Shown here piece after piece: positions 39,503 to 48,172 of a stretch of DNA of 64,000 nucleotides. The stretch lies in contig OY970280.1 in NCBI GenBank assembly GCA_963715865.1, positions 448,001 to 512,000 of the forward strand, written 5' to 3'. A model generated the notes under the pieces. That model searched no databases. It was not told the origin of the DNA and saw only the letters and a program-made list of their open reading frames with translations. Position 1 is the first letter of the stretch. Each line of letters starts with the position of its first letter. Source of the DNA: Candidatus Bathyarchaeota archaeon. Lineage in GTDB: Archaea; Thermoproteota; Bathyarchaeia; Bathyarchaeales; Bathycorpusculaceae. Both the position numbers and the translations under genes were made by a program.

Positions 39503-40506
39503 TGAAAACCACCTAACTTCCAAGGCGTCGGATGAAGAATCACGTCCGTGGCAAACGGCGTCCACCAATGCTCATTTTCTAGATACCACCCAACAGTCGA
39601 CTCCAAAGATTCCTCGAAACTAAATTTTGGCTGCCAACCCAGCATGGATCTTATTTTTGAAGAATCCAAACTGTATCTTGTGTCATGCCCTGGACGGTCT
39701 TCCACAAAAGTAATCAAACTCTCAGGCTTATGCAACAAAGCAATAATTTTTTTCGCAATCTCAATGTTAGGAACTTCATTCCCAGCTGAAACATTGTATA
39801 TTTCTCCAGCATTTCCTTTTTCAAGAACCGTTGCAATTGCTTCGCAGTGGTCTTGAACGTAAATCCAATCGCGAATGTTTTGCCCAGACCCGTAAATCGG
39901 TATCGGAAGGTCCCTTAGCGCACGAATAACGATTTTAGGAATCAGCTTCTCCGGAAGTTGATAAGGACCAAAATTGTTCGTACAACGTGTGATGGACACG
40001 TTCAAACCATAAGTTTTATGGTAAGATAACACAAACATGTCAGCAGCCGCTTTAGAAGCTGAGTAAGGATTAGACGGCTTAGGCGGATTATTCTCCGTAA
40101 ATGACCCTTCAAGCGCTTCGCCGTAAACCTCGTCAGTGGACACCTGCAAAAGCCTAGCTTTATGATTATGCTTGCGTATGACCTCTAAAATAGTAAAGGT
40201 GCCAATCGTATTATTCTGCAAAAACACGTAGGGATCTGCAATGCTCCTGTCCACATGAGTCTCCGCCGCAATATTCACAACAGCATCCACTTGATGGATT
40301 AGCCTGTTCATAAGCTGCGGATTGCAAATGTCACCCTTAATGAAAGTATACCTTTTGTCATTTTCAATGTCATGAAGGTTAACTGGGTTAGCGCCTATGC
40401 CTATCTTGTCAACATTTATCAATTCGTAATCAGGATACTTCGCAAGCATGTGCCTGCAAAAATTGCTTCCGATAAAGCCTAAACCGCCAGTAACTAACAC
40501 TTTCAT
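39499..40506 (-). CDS. rmlB: dTDP-glucose 4,6-dehydratase
   Basis: AAETHVDRS, STDEVYG, YSASK, DRPGHD motifs. Confidence 0.93.
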   Translation of the reverse strand: MKVLVTGGLGFIGSNFCRHMLAKYPDYELINVDKIGIGANPVNLHDIENDKRYTFIKGDICNPQLMNRLIHQVDAVVNIAAETHVDRSIADPYVFLQNNTIGTFTILEVIRKHNHKARLLQVSTDEVYGEALEGSFTENNPPKPSNPYSASKAAADMFVLSYHKTYGLNVSITRCTNNFGPYQLPEKLIPKIVIRALRDLPIPIYGSGQNIRDWIYVQDHCEAIATVLEKGNAGEIYNVSAGNEVPNIEIAKKIIALLHKPESLITFVEDRPGHDTRYSLDSSKIRSMLGWQPKFSFEESLESTVGWYLENEHWWTPFATDVILHPTPWKLGGFH

Positions 40507-40512
40507 AATTCA

Positions 40513-41016
40513 TCACTTATGAGGGGGATAATTCCAATCCCAAGGTTTACCAACACGCGCATCATTCTTTTTGCCGTTGATAATTTTAGGAATAAGTGTC
40601 GGGTCATTCCAAGGTCTGCGCTCTTCATCCGGATTAGCTGGGTCATAAAGGTTAGTGGTGAAGTACAACAGCATAGCTGGTTCGTTACCGAGTGCTTTAA
40701 AGCCGTGCCAATAATGACCTGGAATACGCACTACTTGCAGGTCTAAGGCGCTGGAGATAATCTCGTTAATTTCTTCTGTTTTCTCATCAAACGCGCAAAT
40801 TTTTATTAATCCTTTTAGAGCCAAAAAATAGTCCGTTTGTCCTTTAAGGTGCCTATGCCACGCGCGAATAATGTTAGGATACGTTAATGAAAGATTTGCT
40901 TGTGCAATTGTGTCGTCTGCAAATAAGTCTTTCCAATCTTTACGCATAACTTCAGTAAAGAAGCCTCTCTCGTCTGGAAACCGGTCTATTGGTTTAATTC
41001 TTATTCCTTTTAACAT
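40513..41016 (-). CDS. rmlC: dTDP-4-dehydrorhamnose 3,5-epimerase family protein
   Basis: DERGFF, IIRAWHRH, YWHGF motifs. Confidence 0.88.
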   Translation of the reverse strand: MLKGIRIKPIDRFPDERGFFTEVMRKDWKDLFADDTIAQANLSLTYPNIIRAWHRHLKGQTDYFLALKGLIKICAFDEKTEEINEIISSALDLQVVRIPGHYWHGFKALGNEPAMLLYFTTNLYDPANPDEERRPWNDPTLIPKIINGKKNDARVGKPWDWNYPPHK

Positions 41017-41085
41017 GGATTATTCCTTGTCTTATTCCTAACATATTTTCTAAAAATATTTATAATAGTTGTCATGTTCTCGGGG

Positions 41086-42144
41086 TTAAACTTCCACTTC
41101 CGAGTAATCACCCACATGCAACTTGATGGTTCTGTTCCTTTGGTTTCTTGCCACCTTCGCATTTTTGCCAATTAAACTTTCCTCTAACCGTTCCACATCT
41201 TTAATGGTAACGTTTTCTTGTATAACACAATATTCAAGGTTAGAATTAAAAATTTTAGAACCATCACCCACGCTCGTGTACGGTCCAATGAAAGAGTTTT
41301 CAATCAACACGTTCTTTCCAATTACGCATGGTCCCCTGACTATACTATTTACTATTTTTGCTTCTGGTTCCATCTTGACCCTGCCGTCTATAGTGCTGTT
41401 TGTTACTGTTCCCTTAACATCACGCTGAATAAACGCATCCAGTATTTTCGCGTTAGCGGATAAAATATCATCTTTTTTGCCTGTGTCAAGCCACCAAGAG
41501 TTCAGGATTTCGGCTTTAACTGAAAATCCCATGTTAATCATTTCTTGGATTGCGTCGGTAATTTCCAATTCTCCCCGCCATGACGGCTTTATCCTTTCTA
41601 TAGCTTGATGGACTTTGTTGGAAAAGAGGTAAGTGCCAATAATGGCTAGATTCCCCATTGGCGTTTTAGGCTTTTCCACCAATTTGATAATGTTGCCCTT
41701 TTCATCAAGCTGAGCTATACCAAAACTCGACGGGTTCTCAACTTCTTTGAGAATAATAAGCGCATCAAGATGCCCACTCTTAAATTTCTTGACAAACGAG
41801 TTCAAACTTTGACCAGTAACGTTATCCCCCAAACACATGACAAAAGAATCCTGCCCTAAAAAACGCTTAGCAGTCTTAACCGCATGTGCCAAACCAAGCG
41901 GCTCCTGAGGAATATAGGTAACATTAAGGTTCCAGTTTGAGCCGTCATTAACATAGTCCTTAACAAACTGCCCAGTCTCTGGCGCAGTAATAATGCCCAC
42001 CTTTTTTATGCTTGTTGCCGCTACCTGGTCAAGAACATATCCCAATATAGGCTTGTTAGCTACTGGAATAAGCTGTTTAGCGCAAGTGAAAGTTAAAGGC
42101 CTAAGCCTAGTTCCTTTACCGCCGCTAAGAACAAGTGCTTTCAT
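41086..42144 (-). CDS. rmlA: Glucose-1-phosphate thymidylyltransferase (long form)
   Basis: GGKGTRLRP, RGELEITD, WLDTG motifs and a C-terminal left-handed beta-helix. Confidence 0.92.
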   Translation of the reverse strand: MKALVLSGGKGTRLRPLTFTCAKQLIPVANKPILGYVLDQVAATSIKKVGIITAPETGQFVKDYVNDGSNWNLNVTYIPQEPLGLAHAVKTAKRFLGQDSFVMCLGDNVTGQSLNSFVKKFKSGHLDALIILKEVENPSSFGIAQLDEKGNIIKLVEKPKTPMGNLAIIGTYLFSNKVHQAIERIKPSWRGELEITDAIQEMINMGFSVKAEILNSWWLDTGKKDDILSANAKILDAFIQRDVKGTVTNSTIDGRVKMEPEAKIVNSIVRGPCVIGKNVLIENSFIGPYTSVGDGSKIFNSNLEYCVIQENVTIKDVERLEESLIGKNAKVARNQRNRTIKLHVGDYSEVEV

Positions 42145-42251
42145 GTCAATCCCTAATTATTAAGTACTGGTTTTTATTATGACTTGCTATATTACTTAAA
42201 TAAGTTTACGTTAAATCCTAACCGCGGTTTATCTTTCATTTAATTTATAAT

Positions 42252-43829
42252 CTATGCGTGAAGGATTGTCATCAATTTCTCGATGAGATTTAGCAGAAAA
42301 TGCAACGGTTTACGAAGAGGACCAAGCGCATTAATAATTTCCCGAAGAGTACTCACCTCAGCTTTGTTAACAGTTCGAATGACCAGCGCTGCAACAGTGA
42401 AAACAACCACGAAAACAATTACGCCAATGACTAATTGTATCGGACTTGAAAAAGCCAGTTGAGAAATGAGAACATATGTTAAGATGGCAGCTATTGCTGA
42501 CGAAAACAGAATCTTGGCGGAAGAAACCCAATCCACCGATACTCCAAATTGCTTTTTAATAAAACGTAAACTTATGAATAAGCCCGGAAGACTGACCGTT
42601 AACGTGGTAACAATTAAACCTATGACACCAAACTGAGAAATCAACACGAAACTCTCAGGAAAACCAATCACGGCTGTAAGAATAGCCACTTTCATGTTGA
42701 ATGTTGTGTAACCTTGTCCGTTTATCAAGGTGCCTGCACTCAAACTTCCAAAAGCAGTATAAAGATAAGTTATTGACAGTAAGGCCAAAAACAATGGCGC
42801 TTGAGCATAACTATCTTGGAATATAGTGCCAATAGCAGGTTGCGCAAGAGCAATAACCATAGCTGTAACCGGCACAACGACAAGCGCAGCATACTTCACA
42901 GAATACTGAAAAATATTCTTTAGAAGCTCCCCGTCTCTCTGAGAATCCAACTTAGAGAATGCGGGAAACAGCATGGTTGTTACGGGAGTAGCAAAGAAGG
43001 TGATCAAAACCACGAAATTTAAGGCTACGTTATAATTGCCGATAGTGGCGTTGTTTATGACATAAATTGCCAGTATGTAGCTGTAGAATTGAGTTACAAA
43101 TCCTGTAAGAATAGTGCCTATTGAAAGTGGTAAACCATACTTGAACATGGTTTTAGTAGTTGTTATAATTTCTAGTTTGCTGTGGGTTGGTTTAGGCAAA
43201 GTTTTGTACATAGTCCACATTAGAAGCACACCAGTTAACCCTGCAAATAGAACGGCAACTGTAAAACCTGTAACTGCTCCAAGAGTGCCTAAACCTAATA
43301 GTACAAGCCCAACTATCAGAACAGTTTTGATTGTTGATTGAATTATTAGCAAGACACTGTTGAGGTGCATTGTCTCCATACCCGTGAAAGCCGCAGATGC
43401 CGTATTAACCAGCGCACCGGTCAAGATGAAAAAGGAAGCGATTCGGATCAATGGAGCTATTGCGGGGCGGTTTAAGTTCATAGCTAAAAAGGGAGAGATA
43501 ACAAAAGAGAGAACGGAAAGCGATAAACCTAAAACAATCTCAAACAATAAGCCTGAAACAAAAACACTTCTTATTTTAGCCACATTGTTTTCACTGTTAT
43601 ACTGTGCAGAGTATTTTATCATGGCCGTGTTGATTCCCCAGTCCCGAAATGTGGAAATAAGGTTTGGCGCAGTAAGAGCAATTGCATATAAACCGTAGTT
43701 TTCTGGGCCTAGAAGCCGAGCGATAATTATTGTACCTACAGCTGAGATGACCGTAGAAAAAACTAAACCCCATAAGAGGTGAAAACCGCCTTTAGCTGAA
43801 ACCCTTGCCATCTCTGTAGCCTTGGTCAT
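42252..43829 (-). CDS. Wzx/MATE-like polysaccharide flippase
   Basis: About 14 hydrophobic segments, ARLLGPENYGLY; next to rml. Confidence 0.85.
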   Translation of the reverse strand: MTKATEMARVSAKGGFHLLWGLVFSTVISAVGTIIIARLLGPENYGLYAIALTAPNLISTFRDWGINTAMIKYSAQYNSENNVAKIRSVFVSGLLFEIVLGLSLSVLSFVISPFLAMNLNRPAIAPLIRIASFFILTGALVNTASAAFTGMETMHLNSVLLIIQSTIKTVLIVGLVLLGLGTLGAVTGFTVAVLFAGLTGVLLMWTMYKTLPKPTHSKLEIITTTKTMFKYGLPLSIGTILTGFVTQFYSYILAIYVINNATIGNYNVALNFVVLITFFATPVTTMLFPAFSKLDSQRDGELLKNIFQYSVKYAALVVVPVTAMVIALAQPAIGTIFQDSYAQAPLFLALLSITYLYTAFGSLSAGTLINGQGYTTFNMKVAILTAVIGFPESFVLISQFGVIGLIVTTLTVSLPGLFISLRFIKKQFGVSVDWVSSAKILFSSAIAAILTYVLISQLAFSSPIQLVIGVIVFVVVFTVAALVIRTVNKAEVSTLREIINALGPLRKPLHFLLNLIEKLMTILHA

Positions 43830-43883
43830 GTTTCTTTCCCATGTTTGCTGTTGACTTGTAAGTTAACTGTTGTTGGTGGAGTG

Positions 43884-44055
43884 ATGTTTATCGCTTTTGG
43901 TTTTAATATATTGGAATTAGTGATAACTTTTGTGGTTGTCTTGTTTTTGGTTTTCTTGTACGTGAATGGTTGTGTTTTTGCCTAGGATGCAGGATGCTGC
44001 TTTGAAAGGGTTGATTGAGGAAGAGTTGAATAAGTCGGTTTCTTTGCAGAGATGA
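43884..44055 (+). CDS. Putative single-TM microprotein (needs removal of one base)
   Basis: GGAGTG RBS; MFIAFGFNILELVITFVVVLFLVFLYV then, in the next frame, MVVFLPRMQDAALKGLIEEELNKSVSLQR. Confidence 0.3.
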
Positions 44056-44201
44056 TGGACACTGAAAAGTGTGTGTTTTGCGCTAGATTTTTTGGTTTCG
44101 GCGTGATAACGCATTTCCTAAGTAACGGTGACACCATTTAAGAATACTAAAAAGCACTCAGAAAAAGAACAAAGGGGTAAACTAAAAAATAACAAGTTAA
44201 A

Positions 44202-44336
44202 TTAACGTTTAATGGTAAGCATATGGCCCTTATGGTTGACCATCCTATGTATTCTTAGGTCTTCGGGATTAGAAAAATGGGCTGCGCATATTCTACATTT
44301 AAATGACTCACTAAACAGGTTTTTGTAAGGTAACAT
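44202..44336 (-). CDS. 44-aa microprotein with a canonical C2H2 zinc finger
   Basis: Hand translation MLPYKNLFSESFKCRICAAHFSNPEDLRIHRMVNHKGHMLTIKR; GTGAG RBS-like site. Confidence 0.75.
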   Translation of the reverse strand: MLPYKNLFSESFKCRICAAHFSNPEDLRIHRMVNHKGHMLTIKR

Positions 44337-44678
44337 CAAATCTCACTTTCTAACTATTGACTTTGCAAAAAATCGCTTCTTACAAGTCTTAATTAAAGAC
44401 CGCTCCGCCACTTATAAACCAATGATTATTCTTTCCAAAATAGCTATTACATATTGCTCTTCAGATTCGTTTTTAACTCATCTGAATGAAGTCCTAAAGA
44501 CCTGCCAAAAAAGTTTAGGACCTATTAACATTCAGATTCCAACGTTTCCGCAAATAAACCAAATCAATGGAAGGTTTGTTAACAAGTTTATAGGCATACT
44601 CAAATAGTAATTGTTCATAATAAAAGCCATAAAACAGCAGTATATTCCTAGAAAAAAGAGCCAGAGAGGACTACACTA

Positions 44679-44828
44679 ATGAAAAAAACGAAATTGAAAG
44701 CTAAAGGAAAAAGATATTACAAAAACGCCCACGGAAACGTGTACAGAATAAGACCTAATTTTAAACTTAATAAAAAGATTCTGCTAAGAAAAAGACAAAG
44801 AGCACTAAAGGCACAAATTAGCGGCTAA
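44679..44828 (+). CDS. 49-aa highly basic microprotein
   Basis: MKKTKLKAKGKRYYKNAHGNVYRIRPNFKLNKKILLRKRQRALKAQISG; GAGAGG upstream. Confidence 0.5.
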   Translation: MKKTKLKAKGKRYYKNAHGNVYRIRPNFKLNKKILLRKRQRALKAQISG

Positions 44829-45028
44829 TTTTTACCATTTTAGTTTTAATTTGCTTATAAGTACGACGACACACTTCTAAGTAAAGAGCTTCTCCGTTCT
44901 CTGGGGCTAAAACCTACTGAGTGACCGACTCTTTTCAAATATAAAATAAAGACAAAAAGTTGAACATGCTAACAAGCAAGAGATATCAGATGGATAAAGC
45001 TACTGCCACTTTTGGTTAGGTGTAGCTT

Positions 45029-45145
45029 TTGAGTAGGCCCAGACAAAAGCGCTTTGAAAGAACAGAATGCAAAAATTGCATGTACAAAGCAAGCCCCTAC
45101 TGCTGGAACCAGTGTCCATTTAACATCTGGCAAAACCAAGCTTAA
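45029..45145 (+). CDS. 38-aa Cys4 microprotein
   Basis: AGGTG RBS then TTG: MSRPRQKRFERTECKNCMYKASPYCWNQCPFNIWQNQA. Confidence 0.6.
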   Translation: MSRPRQKRFERTECKNCMYKASPYCWNQCPFNIWQNQA

Positions 45146-45150
45146 GCTTT

Positions 45151-45396
45151 TTATTCAATCATTCCGTTTGGGTGTTTACCCATCCAGTTCAAGGCGAAAG
45201 CTTCAGCTTTAGTCTCCTTGGAGAACTCGGGCGAAATTTTTTTGCTTTCAGCTTTATTGGTTTGCTCTCCAATAAATAGCAATATATGATAGTTTTCGCT
45301 GAATTCTTTTTTTGCTACGATCAGAGTTTGTCCTGTATTTTCGTTAATATAGCCGCCTTGATTGCTTATTTTCTTCCATCCTTTAATGATCTTCAG
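45151..45396 (-). CDS. Hypothetical ~81-aa protein (no ATG/GTG/TTG start; CTG candidate)
   Basis: Open frame KIIKGWKKISNQGGYINENTGQTLIV...AEAFALNWMGKHPNGMIE*. Confidence 0.5.
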   Translation of the reverse strand: MKIIKGWKKISNQGGYINENTGQTLIVAKKEFSENYHILLFIGEQTNKAESKKISPEFSKETKAEAFALNWMGKHPNGMIE

Positions 45397-45480
45397 TTTT
45401 ATTTCGTCTTCTTGTAACTCTATTACAAGCTTTAATTGCCATTAGGAGTTAGAAGTTAAAGTAAATAAAAGACGCTTAGG

Positions 45481-45675
45481 CTATTTTCTTCGTCGTGCCC
45501 ACGCCTGTTTTGGCTCAAAATTATTGCTACTATTTGTCCTTAGGGGTTGACTGGTTAAGCGTTTGGAAAAGCAAGTTTTACAGTAAACTGGCTTGCCTGG
45601 AGTGGGCTTGAAGGGTACAATGGCGATTTGATTGCAAGAAGTGCATTTTACTTCGTAACTGTTTCTTTGAGACAT
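45481..45675 (-). CDS. CxxC-x17-CxxC zinc-ribbon protein
   Basis: CTSC...VPFKPTPGKPVYCKTCF. Confidence 0.85.
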   Translation of the reverse strand: MSQRNSYEVKCTSCNQIAIVPFKPTPGKPVYCKTCFSKRLTSQPLRTNSSNNFEPKQAWARRRK

Positions 45676-46252
45676 TTTTTCACCTCGTTTAACCTATCGT
45701 TAAGGAGAAAATTCTCAGTGACTTTGGATTTGGAAATCTTAAATTGTTTATAAGTTAAGCTTTTTCGCCTCTTTTCTTATTATCTGTATAGCTTTTCTTT
45801 CCTGCTTTCTTTCTTAACACACAATTTAGCCGTACAGAAGATTTGCATCTGCGACAGCTTTTAACTAAACCTGCTCTTAACATACACATTTTCATTTACC
45901 TATGTCATTTTTTGAAAAGAATCAGTTATACGGAAGGGTAAGCCCAAGAGGATAAAAGAAACTCTTCAACTATGAGTGCTGCTACCATGCTTATAAAGGC
46001 ATATATGAGGAAATGCTTTTTTAGTATAATAAAAAGCTTTTTTGCAGATAAATTTAGCAAACGTAAAATAAACCATAGAAAAACGTTTTGTGTCTTAGCT
46101 ATGCTAATATAGTCCACTAAATACTTTATTGTACAACGGTTAGAATTCTTTAGAGGAAAAGTCAGATCGGCTGTTCGCACGTTTTTACTTTTTCTCCAGA
46201 TTGTTCTGATTATAAGGTTTCGGTATAAGCCAGAAAAAAGAGGTGTATAGAA

Positions 46253-46558
46253 ATGGGTAAAAGAAAAATTACAAATGAGGGCAACCTCGAAAGTATGATC
46301 TTGCCTTCCTCAAATGACGTATTAGGTATGGCCGTTAAGATGCTTGGGGCAGAAAGAATTATGGTTAAATGCCAAGACGGTAAAGAACGATTATGTCGAG
46401 TTCGCGGTAAACTCAAAAGGCGTGTATGGATCCGAGAAGGAGACATCGTTTTGGTTTCACCTTGGGATTTTCAAAAAGAAACGAGAGGAGACATTTTCTG
46501 GCGTTACCGTAAAAATCAGTCTGATTGGCTTAGAGACCACAATTACCTTAAAATGTAA
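46253..46558 (+). CDS. eif1a: Translation initiation factor aIF-1A
   Basis: [14 protein letters not shown]...[21 protein letters not shown] motifs. Confidence 0.93.
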   Translation: MGKRKITNEGNLESMILPSSNDVLGMAVKMLGAERIMVKCQDGKERLCRVRGKLKRRVWIREGDIVLVSPWDFQKETRGDIFWRYRKNQSDWLRDHNYLKM

Positions 46559-46560
46559 AG

Positions 46561-46748
46561 AAAGAGGGGCTGAAAATATTATTCTAAAATGTTCAGAATG
46601 CGGAAATACTTTCAAACGGGATGGTCTTAAAGATGGCGAGATAGTGGCTTGTCCAATTTGCGAAGCTGACTATAAAATATTAGTTAAAGATGGGAAAGTG
46701 CATTTACAAGATTACGTTTATGAAAGTAAAGACTTAGGCGAACTATAA
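46561..46748 (+). CDS. LysW-like zinc ribbon with non-canonical C-terminus (start unclear)
   Basis: CSECG...[14 protein letters not shown]...ESKDLGEL; the longer tracked ORF overlaps eif1a. Confidence 0.6.
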
Positions 46749-46894
46749 AATGGCATGCTTTTAGCTCCTGTAGGATAGAAGGTTATATTAACTATAAACG
46801 ACGTATATATATAGGGAATGAACTGAAGTTTTTGGGCTTCCTCCCGAAGTCTGATGGCTTTTGAGATAGACTTGTCTACCTCTGCATTCTGAAG

Positions 46895-47446
46895 TTGATT
46901 AAAATGAGTGTTGAAGATAAAACTGAATTTATAATGGCTATTCGCAGCTATAAATGTACAAAAACAGAAAGACGCTTAGACCGTACTGATGTAACAGCGT
47001 CGAATGCGTCAAATGAGAAAATACTTTTGCGCTCAATAGAGTCGCAAGGAGCTGGATTTGTTGGAGTAGATGAAGTCAAGAATATGATTAAAGTGATGAA
47101 ACATGAAAATTACAACAGTGGCATTCTTATCAGTAAAAGATTCACTACCGCCGCAGTTCAAGAAATGAGACAAGAAAACATCCAGCAAGTTTCAGATGGA
47201 TATATGCCTCCGTTTGATACAGAAAAACTCTACTTGGCAATAACTAATTGCGTAAATGAGAATTGCAAAGTAAAATGTGGTAAAATTCCGTTGAAGAAAT
47301 CTGATTGCAAGGGGCATCTTAATGGTAGCTTTTGCAGAGTAAGGGCACTTAGCGATAATTCCTCGTTTCACTTTGAACATGGCTGGATAGACCTTATGAA
47401 AAACGATCTTAAGCAACTTTTGTCATTAAGTAAGTCTATCCAGTAA
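46895..47446 (+). CDS. Mrr-like restriction-endonuclease-fold protein with Cys-rich C-terminus
   Basis: VGVDEV...GILISKRFTTAA resembles Mrr_cat; C-terminal CxxxCxxxC..C..C. Confidence 0.55.
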   Translation: MIKMSVEDKTEFIMAIRSYKCTKTERRLDRTDVTASNASNEKILLRSIESQGAGFVGVDEVKNMIKVMKHENYNSGILISKRFTTAAVQEMRQENIQQVSDGYMPPFDTEKLYLAITNCVNENCKVKCGKIPLKKSDCKGHLNGSFCRVRALSDNSSFHFEHGWIDLMKNDLKQLLSLSKSIQ

Positions 47447-47528
47447 AAATATTGGCTTAATAATAAGTTGCTTTTATTGAAATCGCATCATTTAGGAAGA
47501 AAAAGAATTAATTTTTTTGAAACAAAAA

Positions 47529-47798
47529 CTAACTCAACAATTCAACTATTGTACCTATCGCTTGACCTGGAACCCCATGCGCGAATTTTACTCGAACCAT
47601 ACCGTTTCTGCCATGTGCACCCATAATTTTTCCAACAAACTTATCGGTACCTTTTTTCCAGATTACCTTTTGCCCTACGAGTTGGCCTGCCAAAGATGCG
47701 GAATCAATCGTTTCAAATTCAATTAAGCATTCTCTTGATGCTTGTGCTTTTAAGCCTATTCTGTAATTAACTATTCTTCCATATACTGTTTGAGCCAA
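47529..47798 (-). CDS. rpl35ae: 50S ribosomal protein L35Ae
   Basis: GRIVNYRIG...GKIMGAHGRNGMVRVKF..GVPGQAIG motifs. Confidence 0.88.
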   Translation of the reverse strand: MAQTVYGRIVNYRIGLKAQASRECLIEFETIDSASLAGQLVGQKVIWKKGTDKFVGKIMGAHGRNGMVRVKFAHGVPGQAIGTIVELLS

Positions 47799-48000
47799 AA
47801 ATATTCACCACTTAGCTTTCCCTGTTAAGGTACACTAGCTAATAAAGCTGTTCTACTTGGCTTGGAGGACGCTACCGATTTTTTTAACAGCTAATTCTAG
47901 CAAATCTATGGTTTCCTGAACTTTCATTGTTACTTTTTTTATTATTCCATCGCCATGGGAAAATACGTATCAGATTTTTTTTGAAAATTTTTTCCGGTTT

Positions 48001-48145
48001 TTACCTTGGAATTACTGCTAGGAACGGTTCTGGTTCAGTTTCTTTGCTAGCATAACACGCCAGCGCTAAGGCGAAAAAGTTGGTCGTCATGCCTACCTTT
48101 TGGATGGTGGAATTTGATGTATGCGTTTTCATTACTCAATTTAAA
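48001..48145 (-). pseudogene. Terminase large subunit C-terminal remnant
   Basis: IKFHHPKGRHDDQLF/ALALACYASKETEPEPFLAVIPR* with a 1-nt insertion in a T run; resembles YHDDCVVALALA of 55379-56596. Confidence 0.6.
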
Positions 48146-48172
48146 ATGTCCATTGTGAGAGCTCTAATTGGT

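Noticed and set aside
45926-46180. Tracked 84-aa ORF upstream of eif1a
   Set aside because: AT-rich promoter-like region with no motif or RBS; probably non-coding.
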